DNA of 64,000 nucleotides from a bacterium (GTDB lineage Bacteria; UBP6; UBA1177; G963667425): NCBI GenBank assembly GCA_963667425.1, contig OY763407.1, positions 1,281,960 to 1,345,959 of the forward strand, read 5' to 3'. Shown piece by piece: positions 57,109 to 64,000 of this stretch (position 1 is its first letter; each line of letters starts with the position of its first letter). The notes under the pieces were generated by a model. It saw only the letters and a program-made list of their open reading frames with translations, ran no database searches and was not told where the DNA came from. The position numbers and the translations under genes were made by a program.

Positions 57109-60100
57109 TTTTTATTTGTTTGTATTGCTAATTCTTTTACATCTGATTCTGAATCAATTTTTCTGACAATGTTAAATGCGGCGAGTGAATCAGGATTATC
57201 AATATCCTTTAGCCAATCCATTTTTTCAGGAATAGATTCTGTGTCAAAACCACAAGAATGATCACATTTCCATGTATGCAATCCCATTTTTGTTTTGTTG
57301 TCTTGTTTTGATATCTGGCAACAATATGGACAAGTTTTACTCGTATTCTTTTCATTGATAAAAATCATTGAACCGAACAGACAGTTATGTTTTTCATCAC
57401 TTTTCCCTCTAATAGCTTCTCTAAGATTAACAATATCTTTAATGTGCGGAGGAACAAGTCCCAGAGATTGGAATTTTTTATATAAGGCGAACTCAAGCTT
57501 TCGAGCAATATGTATGTTATTCTTATTGAATTGATCGTTAATAGATTCTTTTTTTAAATCTTCTAAAAATACATACCCTGGATACTTTTTCTGTAGATGG
57601 CATATTATTCCAACCATATTAGCCACCAACGAATTACGAAGACTATTTATCTGCTCATGAGTGGGAGCATGGAGATTTTCTATTATTATCTCTTTTTTTT
57701 CTGATCTTGCTTGTCTTCTCTTGTTCTCCAAAATTTTAAGGTCTTCCAAGTATTTTTCCAGACTCTCCAGAATATCATTCGGAGTATAACCAATAACATT
57801 TTCCCATTCAGATTTATAAGAAAGCAAAGTTCGACCGTCCTGCGTGTTTTTATCGTTTGTCTCTTGAAAAATTATACTGACATGAAAATCACTGGTTTCT
57901 TTATTGCCATTACGATCATACTTCCGTGTTGACAATTCAATAAAAAATGTATCTTGAAAATCTTTCTGATCTCTATGAAATATTTCATAAATTCGTTTCT
58001 TTGCCACGAGCTTTTGTAGTTTCAAGTAGCTTATTAAATCACCATTTACGACGATTTTATCTTTGATGAGCTTGGCTGCCGACAAATCAAGCGTTGATGT
58101 TGCAAAGTGCTCAAACAGCTCTTCTTTGTCGATAAAGTAAGATGGATTTTTTACAGCATATCGGATTTTATCTTTTTCACTTTCTGTGTCATAAGTCTCT
58201 GTATATTCTAAATTCTTGAGTTTGTACACATCGAATTTCTGAAATTCATATTTGTTAATGCTTTTATTATTTACAGAATATGTTTCTTGCGTCTTTCTTG
58301 TCAAACACAATGTAGCAAGCTCAATTTGTCCGACATCTATGCCATAACGCCATGAAGAATCATAAGGCATTTTTTTTCTGAAGTCTTTGTTAAATTCGTT
58401 AATTTTTGAAAGTTGATCCTCCGGCTTTATAAAACTTAAATCTTCATAAATATTTCCAGCCTGCAAAGCAAAAGCAAAAGCTACAGTAAATTGTTCCTGC
58501 AATCGGCGATGTTTAAAAGACTCAGGGAATCCTTTTGATTCAAAAAAGTGCTTGAGTTCATAGTCCTCTTTCCGATAATTAATTCTCAACTCAGGGTTCA
58601 AACGAACTTCTCCATATTCCGAATTATTTTTTTTACTCCAGAATTGATGCCATATTTTTGTATGAGTTCTGAATTCACTTTGAGGCTCAGATGATTTATT
58701 TCGTTCTTCTAAATCAAAGGATGTAATGTCAAAAACAAGAACACTGTACTTTTCAATAAATTCATCCAGTTGTTCTTTTGAGAAATTATAAGATTTAAAA
58801 TTGTAACAAGCTTTTTCCAGACTTTGTTCAAATGATTTCAGATCTTTTGCTGCTAAACATTCTGACAAATCAAAATTCAAGTCTATACGATCTTTTGTGT
58901 ATTGGTGCTGAATGATCTTTTTATAAAATTTCAGTTTTTTACGGCGCTTTTCCTCAATTTTCTGATCTTTCGAATCATTATCACCTGTTGTTTTCATTGT
59001 TTTTATCTTTTTCTGAGTTTCATACAACTCTTTAAGATTACGCCCGTATTTATTAATATTTTCTATTTTTTTCATCTCTTCAATAAAACTACTTTCTTCT
59101 GCAAAACATAGCTTTTCCAACGCTCGCATGGTTAACGACTGAAGGACAAAGATGTTCCCTTCTTCAGCTTCATTAAATGAACCAACTTCCTTTCTGGCAT
59201 CCATTATTTTTGATATAGGAATAAGCAAGAGCCTAGTTTGAGCAACATCTTTATGGAGCATCGACCAGTATTCTCCCTTCTGCGATTCAAACTTCTGTTT
59301 TTCAAGGTTATTTATTCTTGTTGTTAACTGACCATTTTTTTGAGATATTTCTCTGAATTTACTGCATAGATTGCTGTATCCTTTGAATAGAGCATAATTC
59401 CCCCAAAAGAATTCTTTTAAAGATTTTTTTTCTTTTTTAAGTTTTAACAAGTTATCGAATTCCCCAGATTTATTTAAATTGAACAAAGAGAATTGATTAC
59501 GCAAGCCATTAAGATCTTTTGCTGATTTGTAAACTATCTCTGCATCCCCAATAGACAGTGCTCCATTTTTTGTTTTATACTCTTTATCTTGATCCTTACT
59601 GAAACTATGATTAAGAACCTCATGAAGAATTGATTTCTGGTCTGATTTAAAATTAGCAAGAATTGTGACTGTTTCACCTATTGTTAGCTTGCTCTTATCT
59701 ATCTCGTTCTTTTCTAGATATATATCAAGCCACTCTTTTTCCTGCGTTGTGTTAAATGTAAAGAGAATGGATTTCTGATCTTCATCTTTTTTCAGTTTAT
59801 ACGCATCTAAGTAAGCAAATTTTTTATCCTTTTCCTGCTTAACTTTTTCAATTTCATTATCAAAATACTCTTTGTTTTTTTTGTTTACTGTAAAATAATT
59901 AAAGCTGGCTCGTACCAGTTCTATTCCTGCTGATTGACTTGGTAATGTCTTTTCCTCTAAAAATTGAAGCTCTTCTTTTATTTTAAATAAGTCTATCTTC
60001 AGATCATCTCTTTTCCTGTCGAATAAATACTGGTTCCCTGAAGATAAATTCTCAAGTAATTCAGATAAATAGCCCATAATTTTCTTATTTAATAATGATT

Positions 60101-60578
60101 TAATGGCGTAAGCTATCTCTGATCTTCTTTTTTGTGATTCTTCTGGGCGTTCAGAATAATCTTTCAACTCTTCAGTAAAATACTCCCAATCTTTCAGGCA
60201 ATTCTCAAGTTGCTTTGAAAAGTAGTTTTCATCCTTGTCTTTTAATATCAATTTTGACAGCTTATACTTTTTGGCACGACTACTTTTAGAGTAGGCAATA
60301 AATTCACTTTTATGATGCAGCAAAAGCCAGTTTTTTTTCACCTCTAATCGATCAAACAACTTTTTTTCTTTTTTTCCATCCCCAAGATCTTTGTTGAAGT
60401 ATAGTAAACCATTAAGTTTTCCAGGAATTACTCCCAACTCTTCGACTAACTTTTTAATGTCCACCTCTTTTCCACTTTTCCGTTTCTTGAGCAGTTCTTG
60501 TCCGGAATCATTAATTTCTCCTAGTTTAAACCTGATAGCTCTTGTGTACTGATACTTGTTCATCTCCCCAACACTCAT
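57105..60578 (-). CDS. cas12: Type V CRISPR effector of the Cas12a family: Cas12a-like N-terminus and crRNA-processing region, split RuvC, but a zinc ribbon in place of the Nuc domain (Cas12a2-like / divergent Cas12a)
   Basis: 1157 aa. N-terminus NKYQYTRAIRFKLGE resembles Cas12a (..KTLRFELIP). NYRKEDYELKHFFESKGFPESFKHRR...QFTVAFAFALQ matches the Cas12a WED-III/pre-RuvC region. RuvC-I is YGIDVGQIE (D~748), RuvC-II is YVFLEDLKK (E~1006), RuvC-III is DIDNPDSLAAFNIVRK (~1125-1140). CPYCC...CDHSC (C1083-C1109) lies between RuvC-II and RuvC-III. Confidence 0.85.
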   Translation of the reverse strand: MSVGEMNKYQYTRAIRFKLGEINDSGQELLKKRKSGKEVDIKKLVEELGVIPGKLNGLLYFNKDLGDGKKEKKLFDRLEVKKNWLLLHHKSEFIAYSKSSRAKKYKLSKLILKDKDENYFSKQLENCLKDWEYFTEELKDYSERPEESQKRRSEIAYAIKSLLNKKIMGYLSELLENLSSGNQYLFDRKRDDLKIDLFKIKEELQFLEEKTLPSQSAGIELVRASFNYFTVNKKNKEYFDNEIEKVKQEKDKKFAYLDAYKLKKDEDQKSILFTFNTTQEKEWLDIYLEKNEIDKSKLTIGETVTILANFKSDQKSILHEVLNHSFSKDQDKEYKTKNGALSIGDAEIVYKSAKDLNGLRNQFSLFNLNKSGEFDNLLKLKKEKKSLKEFFWGNYALFKGYSNLCSKFREISQKNGQLTTRINNLEKQKFESQKGEYWSMLHKDVAQTRLLLIPISKIMDARKEVGSFNEAEEGNIFVLQSLTMRALEKLCFAEESSFIEEMKKIENINKYGRNLKELYETQKKIKTMKTTGDNDSKDQKIEEKRRKKLKFYKKIIQHQYTKDRIDLNFDLSECLAAKDLKSFEQSLEKACYNFKSYNFSKEQLDEFIEKYSVLVFDITSFDLEERNKSSEPQSEFRTHTKIWHQFWSKKNNSEYGEVRLNPELRINYRKEDYELKHFFESKGFPESFKHRRLQEQFTVAFAFALQAGNIYEDLSFIKPEDQLSKINEFNKDFRKKMPYDSSWRYGIDVGQIELATLCLTRKTQETYSVNNKSINKYEFQKFDVYKLKNLEYTETYDTESEKDKIRYAVKNPSYFIDKEELFEHFATSTLDLSAAKLIKDKIVVNGDLISYLKLQKLVAKKRIYEIFHRDQKDFQDTFFIELSTRKYDRNGNKETSDFHVSIIFQETNDKNTQDGRTLLSYKSEWENVIGYTPNDILESLEKYLEDLKILENKRRQARSEKKEIIIENLHAPTHEQINSLRNSLVANMVGIICHLQKKYPGYVFLEDLKKESINDQFNKNNIHIARKLEFALYKKFQSLGLVPPHIKDIVNLREAIRGKSDEKHNCLFGSMIFINEKNTSKTCPYCCQISKQDNKTKMGLHTWKCDHSCGFDTESIPEKMDWLKDIDNPDSLAAFNIVRKIDSESDVKELAIQTNKK

Positions 60579-60811
60579 AACTTTCTCCTACATTTTTATG
60601 ACATTTCATTCAGTTAAATATTAATTCATTCATCACAAGATATACTTAAGAGAAAAATTAAACAAGAAAAAAAGCAAAGTAAAAACTAATATATAAATAA
60701 ATATTGAAAATATTTAAAGTGCTGTCTAACAAAGTTTTACTAAAACAAAAGCATCTTTTTTTAGAAAATCAGATCTGTAGTTGATTAAAAAGATTCTATT
60801 TGCCGGTAAAC

Positions 60812-61633
60812 TCACACATACACTTTACTTACCTTCTTTTTCATCTCTTCTTCTGTTGTGTTGTGTTTGCCGAGTTTTAATGGCCAGCTTTGAGACATGT
60901 CATTTATTGTAAGTACATTATCAGGACAGTTTGCAACGCAGGATAGGCATGTTATGCAGTTTTCCTTGTTGACTTTGCCTGTTATATGGTTCATGGCTCC
61001 TGTGGGACATAATTCTTCACATATTGAGCACATTGAGCAGGTTTTGCCGTTTCTGTCTGGAAGTTTGGTAACTACTTTAAATCTGAAGTTTTCAATGGAG
61101 TCGAGGAATTCGTCTGTCTGTTCTGTTTTTTCAAATTCAGGTAAAACTGTATTATCTTCTCCTGTAAATTTTTTATATGTTTTAAACGCATATTCTTCTG
61201 CTATTTCAAAATCAGATTTATCTGGTCTATTCATCATTGCTCTCCAGCCGCCGAGATTAAAGGTGTGTGCTGCTAAAAATTCTGATGATGAGACAACTGC
61301 AAAATTTTGTTTTTCCAGTATTTTGCGTGTTGAATAGTGTGTCGGGTGAACACCAAAACCTCCGTATGTGAAAAACATTGAGCATTTCTTGCCTTGTCCG
61401 TCTATCCCCATAAGCCATTCCCTGAATACTCTTGGAGCTCTGCATGAATGTATCGGAGCGCCAAACATCACTGCATCGTATGGAGTTATGTCAACTGTTT
61501 TAGGTCTATGTTTATATGGTGTGACGTCTAATACTGAAACTTCTGCTCCTATTTCTTTAAGTTTCTTGTCAACTACTTCTGCTATTTTAGCTGTGTTTCC
61601 TGTGGCTGAAAAATAGATTATCAAAATTTTCAT
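60812..61633 (-). CDS. Flavodoxin-domain protein fused to a 2x[4Fe-4S] ferredoxin domain
   Basis: MKILIIYFSATGNTAKIAE flavodoxin N-terminus. The C-terminus carries CSMCSICEELCP and CITCLSCVANCP. Confidence 0.75.
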   Translation of the reverse strand: MKILIIYFSATGNTAKIAEVVDKKLKEIGAEVSVLDVTPYKHRPKTVDITPYDAVMFGAPIHSCRAPRVFREWLMGIDGQGKKCSMFFTYGGFGVHPTHYSTRKILEKQNFAVVSSSEFLAAHTFNLGGWRAMMNRPDKSDFEIAEEYAFKTYKKFTGEDNTVLPEFEKTEQTDEFLDSIENFRFKVVTKLPDRNGKTCSMCSICEELCPTGAMNHITGKVNKENCITCLSCVANCPDNVLTINDMSQSWPLKLGKHNTTEEEMKKKVSKVYV

Positions 61634-62121
61634 TGTTGCCTCTTTTTTAATTTAAACTTTTCAATTGATTTTTTAACAAATTCAACTGGCATAAGGGTTG
61701 TTTTTGAGATTTCCTCAAGTGAGAGGTTTTCCCTACTTAGTCTGTAGGAGAGATGTTCAAGCGATTCGCCGACTTCTATTATGTTTCCGTCAAGATCATA
61801 GAATCTGACAACTTTTTGTCTCCATGGTTGTTCACGCATTTCATGAACAAACTCTATGTCGTTTTCTTTAAGTTTTTTTACTATTTCATCCAGGTTGTCG
61901 TGTTCAAAATAGAGCTCAAAGCTGTTATTTCTGGTTATTATTTCTTTATTGTCAATGAGTTTTTCATAGTGTGTTTTAAGATGTATTGCAAAATCACCAT
62001 GAAAGGTGACGTTTTCACCAAAATCATATTTGATTTCCTGTTTTAATATGTTCTGATAAAAGTTTTTTGCTTTTTCCATGTCTGAAACTGTTATTAATGG
62101 GCATATATATTTCATTGTCAC
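61630..62121 (-). CDS. VOC/glyoxalase-bleomycin-resistance family protein
   Basis: ITVSDMEKAKNFY and RFYDLDGNIIE are typical of the VOC beta-alpha-beta-beta-beta modules. Confidence 0.55.
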   Translation of the reverse strand: MTMKYICPLITVSDMEKAKNFYQNILKQEIKYDFGENVTFHGDFAIHLKTHYEKLIDNKEIITRNNSFELYFEHDNLDEIVKKLKENDIEFVHEMREQPWRQKVVRFYDLDGNIIEVGESLEHLSYRLSRENLSLEEISKTTLMPVEFVKKSIEKFKLKKRQQ

Positions 62122-62268
62122 CTCTTTAGTTTACCGGAAGAAGAATAGTTTTAAGATTATTGTTTGTCAAGAAGTATGATCTATTTGAATGTTATTTTAA
62201 GAATCAGTTGCTTAGTTTGGCTGACTTTTCAACTTTTATGAGGAATAGAAATATTGTCTGATATTATT

Positions 62269-64000
62269 TTAAGGCATTGTGTTCCATGTGGTTGAGCCTT
62301 TTATGTTGTAGCAGGCGCCGCCTTCAATGGCTACTGGTGTCGGCATAAAGTCGTAGGGGTTGACATAGATAAGTTCTGCTTCCACTACTTTTACGTTTAA
62401 AAGTTCTCCTTTTGAGCTTCCAAGGTCGTCGGCATTTACTTCGTCTATTCTTAATGAACCGTTTGCTGGTATGAAAAGTTTGTTGTCTGTATCGCTGTCA
62501 ACTCTCAGTTCTACACACTGTTTGCAGTAATAGTAGTTGGTGTTTTCTGTTGACATGAGGTCGTATGTGCTTCCGGCTGAGGCTTCGTTGATTTTCATTT
62601 CAAATATGTCACCTTTTTCGGTGTTTCCTGCCTGTGTAAATTCTGATCTGTAAATACTTTCTGTTGCTGATCCTGATATTTTTGTTATGGCTGGTATTGA
62701 GAGGTCTTCACATGTTACAGGTTGTAAACATGATGTGCCGTCACTGCTGCATGTTTCGTTTTCACTGCATGTTCCGCATGTTCCTCCGCATCCGTCGTTT
62801 CCACATACTTTTCCGTTGCACTCTGGTGTGCATGACAGATATGTGTTCCATGTGGCGGAAACAATTTTAAGACATTCGCCATCGCTGACGAAGTTGTTGT
62901 CAGAATCTACTTCAGACAGAACTACATTGCTCATATATCCTTTTGACTCAAGCGCTATTGCACCGTAAGCATCAGGATTGAAATCTTCCAGTGTCACTGT
63001 TCCTGATTGAGGAATGAATGTTTTTGTTCCGTCTTCCGTGATTTTAAAGAATGAAAAGCACGAAGCGCTGTTTGACATGTCACAGTCACCTTTGGTTATA
63101 CTGTTTTCGAACATCATTTCGAATCTGTCTTCGTCAGCAGCACCCGTATTTGGTGTATAAGATGTGGAATAGATATTCCGCCACATGAAATCCTGTTCGG
63201 CTGTTACTTCATTGAGTGTTATTTCTGTACAGATTTTTTCACAGATTGTCTGATCGTCTGAACACTCTTTTCCGTCTCCGCATGTTCCGCATGTTCCGCC
63301 GCAGCCATCATCTCCGCATACTTTTCCTTCACACTGCGGTGTGCATATTGTACTGAAGGATGCTGTTTCGATAAGGTAGCATTCACCTCCAGGTACTGGT
63401 GTTGAAAGGTCGGTGTTTCCACTTGCAGCTTTTAATGTAACTTCTATAAGTCTAACATTGGAAAGTGTTCCTGTTACACTTCCTTTTTCGCCAAGTTCAT
63501 CTATTGTGAGTGTTCCGGCTTCCTGAAAGAAGTATTTTTTCTGGTCATCCCAAGGGTCAACTGCAAGGGTCACGCATGTTTTACATGTCTTTGCCTGTAT
63601 ATTTTCTTCACTTGCAAGGTCATAGATTCCTTTTCCAAGTGTTTTTACATCCGGTTTAAATTCAAGTCTGAGCTGATCGCCCCAATGTCCGTTCTCTTCG
63701 TCTGTTTCTCTTCCAAGTTCAGGTGACACGTCAGCTATATAATATTCGTGAGCTTCGTAAAGATCGTTCCATTTTGTCTCTTCTACTGATATTTTTTCGC
63801 ATACTCTGTCAACGCATGCGCTTTGTTCTTCGTTGCAGACTTTGCCGACGCCGCAGGCTGTTCCGCAGATTCCTCCGCATCCGTCACTGCCGCATACTTT
63901 TGCGCTTCCGTCTTCATTTTTGCAGCTTGGATAGCACATTGTATCCCACTCAGCTTCTTTTATAACTATGCAGGAACCGTTTTGTACGGGAGTTGATATT
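62269..64000 (-). CDS. Secreted Cys-rich repeat protein (three ~175-aa modules, each headed by C..KVCG.DGCGG.CG.C); the 5' end is outside the window
   Basis: Three modules: KVCGSDGCGGICGTACGVGKVCNEEQSAC, CEGKVCGDDGCGGTCGTCGDGKECSDDQTIC and CNGKVCGNDGCGGTCGTCSENETCSSDGTSC. Each is followed by a beta-rich domain. The frame stays open to the window edge. Confidence 0.6.
   Translation of the reverse strand, partial: ISTPVQNGSCIVIKEAEWDTMCYPSCKNEDGSAKVCGSDGCGGICGTACGVGKVCNEEQSACVDRVCEKISVEETKWNDLYEAHEYYIADVSPELGRETDEENGHWGDQLRLEFKPDVKTLGKGIYDLASEENIQAKTCKTCVTLAVDPWDDQKKYFFQEAGTLTIDELGEKGSVTGTLSNVRLIEVTLKAASGNTDLSTPVPGGECYLIETASFSTICTPQCEGKVCGDDGCGGTCGTCGDGKECSDDQTICEKICTEITLNEVTAEQDFMWRNIYSTSYTPNTGAADEDRFEMMFENSITKGDCDMSNSASCFSFFKITEDGTKTFIPQSGTVTLEDFNPDAYGAIALESKGYMSNVVLSEVDSDNNFVSDGECLKIVSATWNTYLSCTPECNGKVCGNDGCGGTCGTCSENETCSSDGTSCLQPVTCEDLSIPAITKISGSATESIYRSEFTQAGNTEKGDIFEMKINEASAGSTYDLMSTENTNYYYCKQCVELRVDSDTDNKLFIPANGSLRIDEVNADDLGSSKGELLNVKVVEAELIYVNPYDFMPTPVAIEGGACYNIKGSTTWNTMP

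Noticed and set aside
57105-60578. Calling the effector a canonical Cas12a (Cpf1)
   Set aside because: The region between RuvC-II and RuvC-III is only ~120 aa and contains a 4-Cys zinc ribbon. A ~260-aa segment separates RuvC-I from RuvC-II. Both features are inconsistent with the Cas12a Nuc/bridge-helix layout. The feature is therefore labelled as a Cas12a family / Cas12a2-like effector.

Overview
This 64 kb window looks like chromosomal DNA from a low-GC (about one-third GC) bacterium; most start sites have GGAGG-type ribosome-binding sites and many products are lipoproteins with a '..SC' lipobox. Most of it is housekeeping and cell-envelope genes. These include nfo, panB, nupC, dus, ymdB, rny, def, a carD-family regulator, a U32 peptidase, tRNA-Gly(CCC), a tamB-like gene next to an Omp85/BamA-like gene, and several glycosyltransferases. 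There are also several large secreted multidomain and Cys-rich repeat proteins. Two accessory features stand out. (1) A complete IS3-family insertion sequence (orfA/orfB with an A9 slippery run, imperfect terminal inverted repeats, CTTT target-site duplication) has inserted into the 5' end of a gene for a giant S1-protease / thrombospondin-type-3 / beta-propeller protein. It cuts off the signal peptide, and removing the element in silico restores the reading frame exactly. (2) A type V CRISPR-Cas locus lies on the minus strand: effector, cas4, cas1, cas2, then a 13-spacer array. The array repeat is an unmistakable Cas12a-type repeat (the transcribed strand ends in AATTTCTACTGTTGTAGAT). The 1157-aa effector has a Cas12a-like N-terminus and crRNA-processing region, but where canonical Cas12a has its Nuc domain it has a short CxxC...CxxxC zinc ribbon, and it carries a ~260-aa insertion between RuvC-I and RuvC-II. 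So it is a compact, divergent Cas12a-family (Cas12a2-like) nuclease rather than a canonical Cas12a. Other points worth a second look: a 21-bp x5 tandem repeat abutting the array trailer; a leader hairpin that overlaps the first repeat; a His-rich ABC/FtsX transporter operon; a TLC-like transporter fused to HEAT repeats with an adjacent cNMP-binding protein; a frameshifted DUF3795-like gene; and direct repeats with a palindromic ACCGGT core upstream of an unknown gene.
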